A stretch of 57,814 nucleotides of DNA from a virus (IMGVR_UViG_3300035703_000106:1-57814), one strand, 5' to 3'; shown: positions 27,850 to 38,703, counted from the stretch's first letter. Numbers and translations: made by a program. Notes: a model not told the origin generated them from the sequence alone.

Positions 27850-28695
27850 TTATTCCTCTCTATTTAAATAGCCATCATTAATCTTACCAGCTTCTTTGAG
27901 AAGTGTAAACCTCTCATTAAAGCGAGTAAGCATTTTTAAGCTATTATTTGCTCCGACACGGTCGCACCCGCGCTTCTTTCTTGGGGTAGGAACTCTAGAA
28001 CAACCACCACCAACTCTTGGATCAGAACTAATATAAGTCGACACTGTATGGTAATCCCCACCAAATTCTTGGATAACATCATAAAGCTGGTTATAGAATG
28101 TATGCTTCAGCGTAATAAAAGATGAGATAGATGATTCAATGAATGCTGCTTCGACCGGAGAAACGTGTGCGCTCTGGGAGATATTAAAGGTAGAGAACCT
28201 ATAATAAATCTCTTGAACTGCCATGGTGGAATTTGGCGCACCGCCCATGATATGGAACGGAATCTGAAGTTTCTCTTCAATATGATTTGTTTCGGTTGGC
28301 ACATCAGGGTTATAGACAATGCGAGCATTCCGGCGACAGATCCTATCGACAAGATCGACCGATAGAGTTGTTTTAATAACAACACCAGCATGTGTGCTAC
28401 TCAATACGCGAACAACATCCGATTCCAATTGAGATGCTTCGACCAAACCGTCTTCATCGATGTTTACTTCAGTACAAACGAATACAATATTCGGTCCCCA
28501 TTCAAGTAGGTCTTCAATATGCTTATTGACATTGTCCACTAGTAAGATTTGATTTCTAGGCTTAGTAAAGGCATATTCTAGGGTTTTAGCAGTAGTATTT
28601 GTACCGATAATACCTACCCCAAAGAACTGTTTAGATGTATCAACATTCGATTCGAATTGTTCTTTTTCATCTGTAATTTCATTTTCTTCTGTCAT
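27850..28695 (-). CDS. Divergent UDP-sugar dehydrogenase-like protein
   Basis: IKTT, YNPD, SPVEA and DPRVG align with Ugd, but GxGxxG and GGSCFPKD are degenerate. Confidence 0.65.
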   Translation of the reverse strand: MTEENEITDEKEQFESNVDTSKQFFGVGIIGTNTTAKTLEYAFTKPRNQILLVDNVNKHIEDLLEWGPNIVFVCTEVNIDEDGLVEASQLESDVVRVLSSTHAGVVIKTTLSVDLVDRICRRNARIVYNPDVPTETNHIEEKLQIPFHIMGGAPNSTMAVQEIYYRFSTFNISQSAHVSPVEAAFIESSISSFITLKHTFYNQLYDVIQEFGGDYHTVSTYISSDPRVGGGCSRVPTPRKKRGCDRVGANNSLKMLTRFNERFTLLKEAGKINDGYLNREE

Positions 28696-29136
28696 TTAGA
28701 CAAATCCCCATTCTACATTTGCTTCATTAAAGATACTTTTTGACAACTCCCAAGACTCTGCCCAGCGAGGATTCGTCGGGTCGCCATCCATAACCACACG
28801 CTTTACGCCAACTTGGGTAATGCCCAGCGCGCATTGATCGCAGCAAGGAAGTCCAGAAACATAGATCGTAGCACCATCTAGCGACACGCCATTGTAGGTA
28901 GCATTATAGATCACGTTCTTTTCTGCGTGTACGATATACTTATACTTGAGTGAACGGTCAGTCAGACGTTCGTCTGTGTCTTCGATGTTACGTGGAAATC
29001 CATTATAGCCAGTGCTAAGCACTTGACCCTTTGGGCTAACTGCTACTGCACCAATCTTACTTGACGGATCTTTCGACCAGGTTGCAACCAACCTAGCCAT
29101 CTCCATATATCGTCTATCCCACTTATTGATATCCAC
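28696..29136 (-). CDS. cd: dCMP deaminase
   Basis: SKDP, GYNG, HAE and PCxxC motifs. Confidence 0.92.
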   Translation of the reverse strand: MDINKWDRRYMEMARLVATWSKDPSSKIGAVAVSPKGQVLSTGYNGFPRNIEDTDERLTDRSLKYKYIVHAEKNVIYNATYNGVSLDGATIYVSGLPCCDQCALGITQVGVKRVVMDGDPTNPRWAESWELSKSIFNEANVEWGFV

Positions 29137-29269
29137 TTGTAATTACTCCTCCTAATGCTACGGCAAACACTGCTACCATACCGCCAAAGCCAATCGGGCT
29201 TTTTTCAAATTCTTCTCTTTCAGCTGCACATCCAGCCAATAATAGTAATAGTACCGCAGCTTTAGACAA
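29123..29269 (-). CDS. Small lipoprotein-like protein
   Basis: LLLLAGC lipobox; probable TTG start. Confidence 0.45.
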   Translation of the reverse strand: MSKAAVLLLLLAGCAAEREEFEKSPIGFGGMVAVFAVALGGVITSGYQ

Positions 29270-30620
29270 TCGAATACCCCATTGAACGGAATAGTCGATC
29301 CATTGCAATCCTATAATCCATTGGATTAGTACGAATAGCATTTGTCTTTAGTGGATGTTTATCCCGATTTAGGATTTCCGGCGGAACGATATCGGCAAAC
29401 GTTTGCTTCAGTACTTTCTTTTCGCCATTACGTTCTATATATGGGGTATTCATTGCATGCTTACAGATCGATGGTGCAAGGAACGGTGAACGTGTTTCAA
29501 TAGTGTACCGCATCATGGTACGATCGATCTTAGGCATATGGTAATATGGCAGTTCGCAGAACATGTCCGACATTTGGCTATCATATTCTTTGGCACGACG
29601 ATATCCACCAAACAGTTCATCTGCACCATCACCAGTCATAACTGCATAGAAACCAAGCTCACGTAGCTTCTTAGCCATAGCAATCTGTGGCTTAACAGAA
29701 CCAAGATCGACAGGCGACTGGTGTACGATCAGTGCTTCATAGTCAGTCACATCATCAAGCTTAACGTGGTGCATGGTGTCACCAAGATGCAATGCGAGAT
29801 TAGCGAAGCCTTTCTCTGCATTGTCGACATGCACAGCAGTGACTTCACGACCGAGTTGCTTGATCAGTCCATAGATGATAGTGCTATCCAGACCGCCAGA
29901 GAGCAGAACAGCTACATCACGTTGACCACCAAGACGAAGCTCTGTAGCTTTCAATAGATCAGCGCGCAAGTTAGTGCACGAGACCTTGTTCCAGTCCCAA
30001 TACTCGTACACTGCACCTTTATAGTAGTAGTGACCAGGCGGGATCTGTTTGATTTCATTCCACGGAGTACGTGCATCAGGTGAATAACCCCACTTCATAG
30101 TATTCGACATAAACACTTCATCACGGGTCGTCGGGGCAAGATGGATTAGAATATCAATCTCAGATGCCAACGCTTCCATATCAGTACGATAATAGACTGG
30201 CTTCTGGCTAAGATAGTCAGTAGCTGCAATAATGTTACTATTGTACATGGTAACAAATGACCAGAAGCCGTCGAATTTATGGAATGCATCAAAGATGCCC
30301 AAGGGTTGATGAAATGGGTCAAAGGGGACTGGGTGGTTCCAAAACTCTTCGATAGCACATTCGATGTCAGTATTGTAGCCGAGTTCTTTATAGTTGAAAA
30401 TCTCACCAACAAAGAGTGCAGGCGGATTGCTATTGATTGGCTGGATACAGACTGCTGGATCCAGATTAACAAACGGCAGACTGTAGTGGGCGAACTGGAT
30501 CTCACCTTTATGACCGAAACGCAGATAACCTTTGTAGCCGGGAAGGCCACGATAGCTCATATGTTCAATGAGTTGGCTGAGATCTTGTGGCAGATCCTTA
30601 CCGGCAATAAATCCACACAT
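29262..30620 (-). CDS. asnB: Asparagine synthetase (glutamine-hydrolysing)-like amidotransferase
   Basis: N-terminal MCG Ntn nucleophile; LLSGGLDS, TGDGADELFGGY and ETRSPFL motifs. Confidence 0.9.
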   Translation of the reverse strand: MCGFIAGKDLPQDLSQLIEHMSYRGLPGYKGYLRFGHKGEIQFAHYSLPFVNLDPAVCIQPINSNPPALFVGEIFNYKELGYNTDIECAIEEFWNHPVPFDPFHQPLGIFDAFHKFDGFWSFVTMYNSNIIAATDYLSQKPVYYRTDMEALASEIDILIHLAPTTRDEVFMSNTMKWGYSPDARTPWNEIKQIPPGHYYYKGAVYEYWDWNKVSCTNLRADLLKATELRLGGQRDVAVLLSGGLDSTIIYGLIKQLGREVTAVHVDNAEKGFANLALHLGDTMHHVKLDDVTDYEALIVHQSPVDLGSVKPQIAMAKKLRELGFYAVMTGDGADELFGGYRRAKEYDSQMSDMFCELPYYHMPKIDRTMMRYTIETRSPFLAPSICKHAMNTPYIERNGEKKVLKQTFADIVPPEILNRDKHPLKTNAIRTNPMDYRIAMDRLFRSMGYSIV

Positions 30621-30621
30621 A

Positions 30622-31362
30622 TTATACTCCTATTAGTTTGCCAAGGGCAAAGCGATCATTCTCAAAGCAGTGTAAGCTAGTTGAGCTGAAATGTAAATAG
30701 CCAACTTGGGCATCGATGCCGCTTTTGTCAATCATCCATTGTGTAAGACGATTGGCAAAGTATAGATCGTTATGTAGGTGTCGCACGACGTCGCACGAGC
30801 GCATGTGATACGAACAATGTAGTTGTCCACCACGTTCCATAAAGTGCCAGCCGAATGAGCATGGTACACGCTCACCAAGGTTAGCTGCTACGATATCCTC
30901 AGGAAACCACATAGGAACATAACACTGACGAGTGGTGCTATCTTTCTTGAGTAGCTCTACAGCATCGCCAAGGTTACCGGTCTTAAAGCGGATGCCATCC
31001 ATACTCGGTGCCCACATACGTTCTGGATACGAATGCGAGAATGCTTCTTGGTTCTTAGACAGATACTTCTCTGTATCTTTGAGCCACATAGTATGAGAAG
31101 GCGGTGGATTCAGAGGAATCCCGCCTGTACGTTCTTCGAAGTGTACATCAGCCCATGGTTGGGATGCACCGAGTTCATAGGATGCATGATTACTATCAGC
31201 ATACATCGGTGCTACTAGATCAGCGTGAAGAATCTCCAGGAAGATAGGCGGAGAGGTCGTACCCTGCCAAGCGCCCGTCTTTATCTGATATCCTTGGTGA
31301 TACAATAATTTTCGGAGGTTCTTTAGACCCTCTGCTAGTGTTCGACCTGATACCCTGTTCAT
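30622..31362 (-). CDS. Thymidylate-synthase-fold enzyme, dCMP hydroxymethylase-like
   Basis: TRQ, VPC and MRSCD...HND motifs; Asp at the dCMP-specificity position, as in T4 gp42. Confidence 0.8.
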   Translation of the reverse strand: MNRVSGRTLAEGLKNLRKLLYHQGYQIKTGAWQGTTSPPIFLEILHADLVAPMYADSNHASYELGASQPWADVHFEERTGGIPLNPPPSHTMWLKDTEKYLSKNQEAFSHSYPERMWAPSMDGIRFKTGNLGDAVELLKKDSTTRQCYVPMWFPEDIVAANLGERVPCSFGWHFMERGGQLHCSYHMRSCDVVRHLHNDLYFANRLTQWMIDKSGIDAQVGYLHFSSTSLHCFENDRFALGKLIGV

Positions 31363-31762
31363 TACTAACCCTTTCTCTCAATCCAGATGAAGAGAACCTG
31401 TGGTTCCTCTTATTATAATAAATGTCAATGCCAAGTTGTCTACATTCTTCTTTACCAGTAAAGTCCTTGAACCTATACTCTTCGCCGATAATACGAATGT
31501 TAATTGGATACATCTGTAGAATATCTATTAGATCTGCCTCAGTATGATACGGCACAATCTCATCCACATAGCTGACAGCTGCCAACTGGGAGTAACGTTC
31601 TACAATTGTTTGCACTGGCTTATTCTTTTCTATTCTATCAACAGATGGGTCGATCTGTAAACCACAAATAAGATAGTCGCACACACTTTTTGCTTCGCGG
31701 AGCATGGCAATATGCCCCGCGTGCAAAAGATCAAAGGTGGAAGCAGTAAATCCTATTTTCAT
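31220..31762 (-). CDS. Glycerol-3-phosphate cytidylyltransferase-like protein
   Basis: FDLLHAGH, YVDE and RNHRFSSSGLR motifs. Confidence 0.88.
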   Translation of the reverse strand: MKIGFTASTFDLLHAGHIAMLREAKSVCDYLICGLQIDPSVDRIEKNKPVQTIVERYSQLAAVSYVDEIVPYHTEADLIDILQMYPINIRIIGEEYRFKDFTGKEECRQLGIDIYYNKRNHRFSSSGLRERVSNEQGIRSNTSRGSKEPPKIIVSPRISDKDGRLAGYDLSAYLPGDSSR

Positions 31763-32016
31763 TAAATACTATCGTATTTCTTTTTCCATGCACTGCCATT
31801 GGTACGAAGACCTTCGGAAGCGAGCAATTGTTGATACATGATCCGAACCACCTCATTGCGGTTCGGGGCGTTCTGGATATCCCGGATAGTCTGTGCCTTC
31901 GCGGTCTTCTGACCCATAGTGCGAACATCACGCTTACTTACCATTTCAACAGAAGCAGCTTTTGCTTCTTCGAAAGGAAGAGTCTCGAGCGATTTAACGA
32001 ATTCTTGATATTCCAT
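31762..32016 (-). CDS. Hypothetical protein
   Basis: 84 aa, TAATG-coupled on both sides. Confidence 0.65.
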   Translation of the reverse strand: MEYQEFVKSLETLPFEEAKAASVEMVSKRDVRTMGQKTAKAQTIRDIQNAPNRNEVVRIMYQQLLASEGLRTNGSAWKKKYDSI

Positions 32017-32189
32017 TATATGGCAAACTCCTCTTGTTCGTGGATTTCGAGCTCATCTACATGGCTATCATTTTTCAGATCGATCAGGGTCGATTCAGTA
32101 ACCCATTGATCCATGAGGATGTAGTCCTTTTCCCCATAGCGGTTGAAAAGCCATTCGTAGTATGTGACACGATAACGAAGTTCAGTCAT
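32016..32189 (-). CDS. Small early protein (57 aa, MTELRYRVTYYEW...)
   Basis: Read manually; follows promoter copy 3 and GGGAG RBS. Confidence 0.65.
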   Translation of the reverse strand: MTELRYRVTYYEWLFNRYGEKDYILMDQWVTESTLIDLKNDSHVDELEIHEQEEFAI

Positions 32190-32190
32190 C

Positions 32191-32250
32191 TTGTATCTCC
32201 CTTTGATAGGAGTAATATAAGACTTTACTTTTGAAATGTAAACCCCCTAT
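32191..32250 (-). promoter_or_regulatory. Repeated early promoter/RBS cassette, diverged copy 3
   Basis: AGGGGGTTTACATTTCAAAAGTAAAGTCTTATATTACTCCTATCAAAGGGAGATAC. Confidence 0.8.
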
Positions 32251-32262
32251 TTTGGAAATATT

Positions 32263-33018
32263 TTATATCCCCAGGAGTTTCCAGAATGCATGATGGGAAG
32301 CTTTAGGATGTCCCTTAAAAAGATTTTTCATAATTAATCGGATCTTTTCTTTAGGAACATAGTAGAAATCGCTACGGCGTTTGTAGGCTAATACATAATC
32401 CATAGGATTAAAGATCTTTTCTAGCGGGTCTATTTCGTTATGCCATTCTGCTACTACAACTGGGCGCCACGCCTTTATGGTTTTTAGCCCACCATCAAGG
32501 ACGTGCGGTTCCCATCCCTCAACATCAATCTTAATAAGGTCTACATCTTGAAAGTTATACGAGTCTAACGTGTTTACATCCAATGTTTTAAATTCGAAAT
32601 TTTTATTAGACTTTACTAAATGGTGTCCCTTTTCTATTTCTTCTTCTTTCATAAAACGGGAAGTACCGCATCTATCATATTTCATTTTATAATAAAGAGA
32701 AGAAGGTTTATCCGATAAGCCTGTATTATAGGAAATGGTATTCGTTACATTAAATTCTTTTAAGTTACTATTCAGACATTCATAAAACGGGGGGCAAGGC
32801 TCAAAGGTATGAACTTCTTTAAAATAGGGGGAAAGACCAATAGCCATCTGCCCTACATTACTACCAATATCAATACATGTTCTACGCTTATCTTTATCTG
32901 GAAGAAAGTATTCTACCGTGAACTCTGCCATATGGTTTTGCCATTCAGCGGGTGACCAATTGCTTAGCCCATTATCATTCTCGGTGTCAATTACCCACCA
33001 ACCGTTTAATTTTTTCAT
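32263..33018 (-). CDS. FkbM-family methyltransferase
   Basis: IDIGSNVG, FEP and IKIDVEGWE motifs. Confidence 0.88.
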   Translation of the reverse strand: MKKLNGWWVIDTENDNGLSNWSPAEWQNHMAEFTVEYFLPDKDKRRTCIDIGSNVGQMAIGLSPYFKEVHTFEPCPPFYECLNSNLKEFNVTNTISYNTGLSDKPSSLYYKMKYDRCGTSRFMKEEEIEKGHHLVKSNKNFEFKTLDVNTLDSYNFQDVDLIKIDVEGWEPHVLDGGLKTIKAWRPVVVAEWHNEIDPLEKIFNPMDYVLAYKRRSDFYYVPKEKIRLIMKNLFKGHPKASHHAFWKLLGI

Positions 33019-33950
33019 TATACGTTCCTATATGCGTATTCTAGAGCTCTATCAGCTTCTACATTTAATGGTCTATTCTCGTACCAATTACCGTTTTCAT
33101 TATCAAATTGTTTACAAAGTTCTGCGATCTGGGCAGATGTAATAGGATATTCCTTCTCGATCGCGCGTGCGGCGATCGCGACCATCATCTGATACATCTT
33201 GTGATACCAACCTGTATTGGTAATAGTAACATATTCTGCAGCAAGCTTCTTAGGCCAGAATGGACAATCGTGATAGCTATTCCAATAGATTCCCGTGTTC
33301 TGCATCATAGATTTGCGGTGGTTTACTACTTGATCTGCTAGCTCAGGAGGTAGTCGATCGAGAAAGCTATTGCCACTCTTAGCCCTATCTACGTAGGGGT
33401 ATTTAGCAAGTAGATCAGATACGCAGAGTGGGACATTGCCGCCACTAAAAATAAAATTAAAAGCATCAGCATACGTCGCAGGGATGTAATACATTCGGCT
33501 GAGGTCTTTACATTGTTTGTCTCCTGCGTCGTTAAGATGCGATTGCAGGGCGAACCAGAAATGTTTAATATCTGATGTCGGTATATGCCGGTCAAGCTCG
33601 AAGACAAGCCGAAACTTTGGTTTATCAGGACGCGAGCTTGCAGTAGAATAACAAACATACCGCCAGCCAGCAGTCCGTGAATTAACATAATCATTTAAAT
33701 CTCCATTAATCTCGACGTCATCAACATCAACAGCACACCAACCTCCCCAAGCAAGTACATTTTTGTTTGAGCGTGTGGTTCCAGCTTCGTATACAGCAGG
33801 AGAAATAAGTTCTGCATCTTTCTTACCTTTCTTTGGTTGTTTAGCCAAACCATAAAGTAATTTCTCTAGCTGGTCAAAGCTAGAGAAATCCATTCTACGA
33901 TATGTCTTATTATCAAACTGGCTCTTAAAGAGCGTTAGGGAGATAGTCAC
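33018..33950 (-). CDS. Archaeo-eukaryotic primase / primase-polymerase-like protein
   Basis: AVDVDD, YSTASS, KFRLV and DLSRMYYIP motifs. Confidence 0.7.
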   Translation of the reverse strand: MTISLTLFKSQFDNKTYRRMDFSSFDQLEKLLYGLAKQPKKGKKDAELISPAVYEAGTTRSNKNVLAWGGWCAVDVDDVEINGDLNDYVNSRTAGWRYVCYSTASSRPDKPKFRLVFELDRHIPTSDIKHFWFALQSHLNDAGDKQCKDLSRMYYIPATYADAFNFIFSGGNVPLCVSDLLAKYPYVDRAKSGNSFLDRLPPELADQVVNHRKSMMQNTGIYWNSYHDCPFWPKKLAAEYVTITNTGWYHKMYQMMVAIAARAIEKEYPITSAQIAELCKQFDNENGNWYENRPLNVEADRALEYAYRNV

Positions 33951-34594
33951 TTTATACCACCATCATATGAATCGAAAGCCCAATATCTTTCCTTACACCA
34001 CCAACATTTTTTACAAGGCGACTTAGAACTAATAATGCAACTATTTGTTAGCGTAGAAAGTTCTTCAATGCCAAATTTTTTATACTGTGCAGCAATGAAT
34101 TTTTTATCTACAATAGCCCACGGAAATTCATATGGATGTTTTGTATAAAGTTCTTTTATACGATTATCGTCATTCCATATATCGGTTTCTCTAGCACTTG
34201 GCCCACCTAAACTAATACCATCTAACACCGCTTTACAGTGATATCTTTCATTAAGATATTTTCTTGAAACACGGGTCATTTCAATCTTCGTACCATCTGG
34301 ACTAATATAAGGAACCACGGTTAAAGGTTGGATCAGGTCATAACCGGTCTGATCAGTAATCCATCGGATTATGTTTTCTACTGTTTCATACGGTTTAATA
34401 CTAGGTTTAGATACATCATATCCTGTTACTGGATAAATGTATACCCCATCTTTTCTATCCTGAGCCATTTTAACAAGGAGATAAAGAATAAGAGAAGAAT
34501 CAATACCGCCAGATAGTTGTACCCCGATCGATTTAAAAGATCGGGGAAACTTTTCGAAGAAATCTAGTATAATACCCTCGTGTTCTAGTAGCAT
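33947..34594 (-). CDS. PP-loop ATPase, QueC-like
   Basis: LSGGIDS motif; TNSC...PCKKCWWCKER Cys cluster. Confidence 0.65.
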   Translation of the reverse strand: MLLEHEGIILDFFEKFPRSFKSIGVQLSGGIDSSLILYLLVKMAQDRKDGVYIYPVTGYDVSKPSIKPYETVENIIRWITDQTGYDLIQPLTVVPYISPDGTKIEMTRVSRKYLNERYHCKAVLDGISLGGPSARETDIWNDDNRIKELYTKHPYEFPWAIVDKKFIAAQYKKFGIEELSTLTNSCIISSKSPCKKCWWCKERYWAFDSYDGGIK

Positions 34595-35019
34595 TAGAAA
34601 GCCGAATTTAGATCGCCATGGTTTCCATAATGGGAAGGCGGTTGCCAATCAGAGGGTTTAATCAGATCCGGCAATCCAAACGGATTCGGTCTACCAGGCT
34701 TTACACCAGGCTCTTTCTGCATGTTTGCCCAGTGGACACGGTTCCAAGCATCGCTAGCATTCACACCAAACACATCCAGTGTACCGATAGCAAAGACGCA
34801 TAGGTCGATCAGACCATCTACAATCTCTTCTGGATTCTTAGTAGCATATGCTGCCACAGTCTCGTCCAGCTCTTCTTTACACATTGACAGACGAAACTCT
34901 AGGTATTTGTCCATCAGTTCTTTATTGTCTTTGTTCTTCTCAAACCAATCGCGTACACCAAACTTATCGTGCATGTCACGGATATCATTTGCCCAGTTAT
35001 AACTCATATTATTCTCCAT
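34594..35019 (-). CDS. MazG-like / dimeric NTP pyrophosphatase
   Basis: EELDE...EIVDGLID, VHWANMQK and LIKPSDW motifs. Confidence 0.8.
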   Translation of the reverse strand: MENNMSYNWANDIRDMHDKFGVRDWFEKNKDNKELMDKYLEFRLSMCKEELDETVAAYATKNPEEIVDGLIDLCVFAIGTLDVFGVNASDAWNRVHWANMQKEPGVKPGRPNPFGLPDLIKPSDWQPPSHYGNHGDLNSAF

Positions 35020-35065
35020 TCATTTATGTTCATATTATACATCATTTGATATTGTTCGTAAATAC

Positions 35066-35290
35066 TTATGTATTACTATATTCTACAACCTTCACAAGGG
35101 AATCGGTCCGGTCACCGTCTTTCCTCCATATCTCCGAAGCTTCCTCAGCTTCCCAGAAATTATCAAATAGCACCGGATATATCATACCAAATCCTATATA
35201 ATCCCTTTCCGTCTTAGTCGACAATTGATCTTCAGTGACGTAAACCCAATCATCTCCCATCTTAACCTTTATGGCATACGTTTTACTCAT
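35066..35290 (-). CDS. Hypothetical protein
   Basis: 74 aa, ATGA-coupled to gp43. Confidence 0.6.
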   Translation of the reverse strand: MSKTYAIKVKMGDDWVYVTEDQLSTKTERDYIGFGMIYPVLFDNFWEAEEASEIWRKDGDRTDSLVKVVEYSNT

Positions 35291-37806
35291 CCAAATATAT
35301 CCTCCAATGTAATACGTTCCTCGGAGCTCCAGCCGATTGCTTGCAAGATAGGTTCAAGTGGCTCTAGGAATGTCTTTTCGAATTGCTTATCGTAGTCGAC
35401 ATATTTATGGAGATTTAATTCGGGCGGCAGATAGTCCGGATAGGCGATTACATTCTCTTTGATAGGATTCGGCAGCTTCAGATAGGCGAACTTAATCTTT
35501 TCACCTTCCTTAATGGTCTCGTACTTGTTCTCGAGACCTTTCTCTTTCAGGTAGTGGTTATAGAGCAAAGCAGCCCGGACGTGGATCGGGCAGCCTTTTG
35601 AATAGATGTCACGCTTATCCGCCCACTTGTTAATCTCAGTAACACCGCGGGGGAAGGAAGCATTCTCTGGATGCAGATTGCGGAACTCGGCCTTAAAGTT
35701 CTGGATAAAGCGCTGCGTGCCTTTCTCGTCACCGGCGATCATAAGCTTAAATGCCTTCTTAAACTTATCCCGCACAATCTCAGGGGTAGACGACTTAATG
35801 GCTTCAATACCCATGATCTTCATCTTCGGCTCAGCGTACTGGACACCTTCGGAGTTATGGACGTTCAGGATGTAGCGCTTCTTTGCCTGCCAGATGCCAC
35901 GGTCAGCGATAACCTCACGCTCCATAACCATACGCGGCTGGTAGCATTTCATATGCTTAAACAGTTCCTCCATTGAACCTTCGAACATCTTATTAAAGTG
36001 GTTATCACACACTTCGGATAGGAATGCTACCGGGTCTTTTGGTTTAAACTTTTCGATGAACTGAGAGAAATCCACATACACAGAGTCGGTGTCAATAGCG
36101 ATTACATAGTCTTTATCCGTACCAAGGATCTTGTTCAGTTCAGCGTTCACCGCACGTTCACACCACTTAATAACGAACTGACCAGTCAGCGTAATACCTT
36201 CCGCGATGCGCAGATCAAAGTAACGGTAGTACTGGTTACCTAATGCACCGAAGAGACTGTTAAGCAGAATCTTAATCGCCATCTGACGGTTGTTCAGCTG
36301 GTTAATCTCGCGTTCAATCTCTGGGGTAGGTGTCTTCTGATATGCAGACTGTGCTGCAAGCATCTTCTTCTTAGTAGCTTTACGGTCTGCATAGTAGTCT
36401 ACAATGATCTTAGGCATAACACCTTCTACATCTTTACGATACACAGAACCATTTGCCGCGACTGCGATGTCACGTGCAGCTTGTGCTGGATGCATGACAG
36501 GGCCAGACCGGAGGTAATAATCCACACCGCCCATGAGCATATCTGACGGATCCTTAAGCAAAGTCTCTGGCGACATGTTCCACTGGGCGATGATGTTAGG
36601 ATACAGAGAGTTAAGGTCGAAGCTAACCACCCACTTATACATGGCTGGAACAACTTCCTTCACGTACCCGCCCGCGAACTTTACATCGATCTTTTCGCTG
36701 CGCTTCTTATGTGGCACCGCAATCTTTTTGGCATTCAGCTCGCGATAGACGATCGAATCCCAGATAGCTGTAGTACCAAATGCATCTGAATAGTTTACGC
36801 CTGCACGATACGCAATCGTAAGGCAAAGTGTAATCAGTTCCATCTTTTGGTCAATACGTTCTACCAGTTCGACGTCTTTGATGTTATAGTCGATATACAG
36901 CTGATGGTTTTCGTTGTACAGATTGCGAAGGTTACCATATTCTTCATATGACAACTTACGTTCACCGAGCACCACATATGCAATATGGTCTAGCTTATAG
37001 GATTCCTGTGCACCGTAGCTATAGCCGAACTTCTGGAACAAGTCATAGTAATCCATCTGGGCAATACCCACAATGTCATACATGTCCATATTCTTATTCT
37101 TAAACTGGACTGACTTCTTCTCGATCATACCCCACGGCGAAAGCGACTTAGCAGCTTTCTCGTCACCCAGACGCGCAATGCGGTTAATGATATAAGGCAT
37201 ATCGAAGAATCGCATGTTCCATCCAGTAATGGCGTCAGGGTAATCGCTTTTCCAGAACGTAAGGAACTTAACCAGCAGTTCAACCTCTGATTCGCACTTA
37301 TGGTACTGAATCAGAATGTCTTTATGGCTTGACTTGCTAATATCCCAGTCTTTTAATCCCCAGACGTGATAGACACTGCTACGGCTGGTCTTGAGAGTAA
37401 TTGCAGTGATTGGATGTGCCGCTTCTTCTGGGGTGGGGAATCCAGCATCGGAATAAACTTCGATATCGATGTTTGCCACATTCAGGAACGACCGGTCGAA
37501 CTTAATGTCACTTGGAAATTTGCTAGTAATGAACTGGTGGATGTAGTTCGTATTACCCCAGAACTTAAAGCCGATCACGTCTTCGTACTGTTGCATAAAG
37601 TCACGGGCATCGCCCATGCTATCGAACTGCATAGGTGCTACAGATTGACCTTCCATAGTAGTCCACTCAGACTCTTTGTCACCGTTGTTGGGAACAAAGA
37701 GAGTGGGGCAGAACTTATATTTCTGTGTGATCGGTGTACCGTTATCGGTATAGCCACGATAAAGGATTTGGTTGCCAAAGCGGGCGACGTTGGTGTAAAA
37801 AGACAT
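35287..37806 (-). CDS. gp43: Family B DNA polymerase
   Basis: DIEV exonuclease motif; [18 protein letters not shown] and IDTDS. Confidence 0.97.
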   Translation of the reverse strand: MSFYTNVARFGNQILYRGYTDNGTPITQKYKFCPTLFVPNNGDKESEWTTMEGQSVAPMQFDSMGDARDFMQQYEDVIGFKFWGNTNYIHQFITSKFPSDIKFDRSFLNVANIDIEVYSDAGFPTPEEAAHPITAITLKTSRSSVYHVWGLKDWDISKSSHKDILIQYHKCESEVELLVKFLTFWKSDYPDAITGWNMRFFDMPYIINRIARLGDEKAAKSLSPWGMIEKKSVQFKNKNMDMYDIVGIAQMDYYDLFQKFGYSYGAQESYKLDHIAYVVLGERKLSYEEYGNLRNLYNENHQLYIDYNIKDVELVERIDQKMELITLCLTIAYRAGVNYSDAFGTTAIWDSIVYRELNAKKIAVPHKKRSEKIDVKFAGGYVKEVVPAMYKWVVSFDLNSLYPNIIAQWNMSPETLLKDPSDMLMGGVDYYLRSGPVMHPAQAARDIAVAANGSVYRKDVEGVMPKIIVDYYADRKATKKKMLAAQSAYQKTPTPEIEREINQLNNRQMAIKILLNSLFGALGNQYYRYFDLRIAEGITLTGQFVIKWCERAVNAELNKILGTDKDYVIAIDTDSVYVDFSQFIEKFKPKDPVAFLSEVCDNHFNKMFEGSMEELFKHMKCYQPRMVMEREVIADRGIWQAKKRYILNVHNSEGVQYAEPKMKIMGIEAIKSSTPEIVRDKFKKAFKLMIAGDEKGTQRFIQNFKAEFRNLHPENASFPRGVTEINKWADKRDIYSKGCPIHVRAALLYNHYLKEKGLENKYETIKEGEKIKFAYLKLPNPIKENVIAYPDYLPPELNLHKYVDYDKQFEKTFLEPLEPILQAIGWSSEERITLEDIFG

Positions 37807-37846
37807 AGTACCTCCATGATTACGTTTATTCTACCACAGGATGGAG

Positions 37847-38434
37847 CTACCGTATACCCCCTATGACAGCCACTAAATGCAATCTGGTTTCTCTACTAGA
37901 ATTAAATGCCGTATGGTGCTTTGTAGTATCTGCCATCCACCATTTATTTAACTCAAGATGTTTTACCTCATCTTCTATTACCATGAAACACCCTTCTTGG
38001 GTTTTTATTGGATAGTGTAATCTAGGCATTCCTTCATCCACATGCCAAGTTAAGCAAGTTTTAGGCTCCGATTTAAATATCCTAATCCTACCTAAAATAT
38101 ATCTTTCATTTAAAGTATTATAGATTTCTTCAAAAACGGTTCCTTTAAAAATATTACAAAGAATTGTAAAGTCTTTTTCGTGTAATCTTATTTTTTTATC
38201 CGGTACTTCTATCTTAACAATACCGTCTTCTTTTATTATCTTTTTATTAGACCAGTCTTTTAAAAGACTACCGGTGGCAAGGGTATAATCATGTTCAAAT
38301 CCAGGAATGGTGTTTAGTCCTATTTGTCCATGACGGTCTAAACACTTAATCATTTCGGGAGTTAATCTTTTTAAAAGATTAGGAAATTTAGGAAGATCTG
38401 TTATTTCTTCAAAATGACTCACTTTTATCTCCAT
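37847..38434 (-). CDS. 2OG-Fe(II) / Asp-Asn beta-hydroxylase-like protein
   Basis: WHVD, RLHYPI and HTAFN...RLHLV motifs. Confidence 0.72.
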   Translation of the reverse strand: MEIKVSHFEEITDLPKFPNLLKRLTPEMIKCLDRHGQIGLNTIPGFEHDYTLATGSLLKDWSNKKIIKEDGIVKIEVPDKKIRLHEKDFTILCNIFKGTVFEEIYNTLNERYILGRIRIFKSEPKTCLTWHVDEGMPRLHYPIKTQEGCFMVIEDEVKHLELNKWWMADTTKHHTAFNSSRETRLHLVAVIGGIR

Positions 38435-38648
38435 GATATTTTCGCATAATATTGTGATTCTCTACAATGTCCATTAGATTTGATTGTGCTTCCATTGCAG
38501 TTAAAAACTCACTTCCATCTTCAACATGATTAATTATGTTCCAAAACATCTCTTTGTCGATATTTCGAGCCATACAGTAATCCACAACCGCGGCCATTAT
38601 GTAATCAAACTCCGTCAGACCGAGGTGATTCGTTTCTTCTTTATCCAT
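38409..38648 (-). CDS. Hypothetical protein
   Basis: 79 aa with GGAGG RBS. Confidence 0.6.
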   Translation of the reverse strand: MDKEETNHLGLTEFDYIMAAVVDYCMARNIDKEMFWNIINHVEDGSEFLTAMEAQSNLMDIVENHNIMRKYHGDKSESF

Positions 38649-38703
38649 AGAAAAATACCTCCATGCTGTGCACAGAGGTATTTATTTGTTTTAAATTATG
38701 ATT

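Noticed and set aside
33947-34594. 7-deazaguanine DNA modification pathway
   Set aside because: Only a QueC-like PP-loop protein is seen; no folE, queD, queE or dpdA in this window.
35287-37806. Intron or intein in gp43 or other core genes
   Set aside because: gp43, gp41, uvsX, uvsW and gp46 are uninterrupted and of ordinary length.
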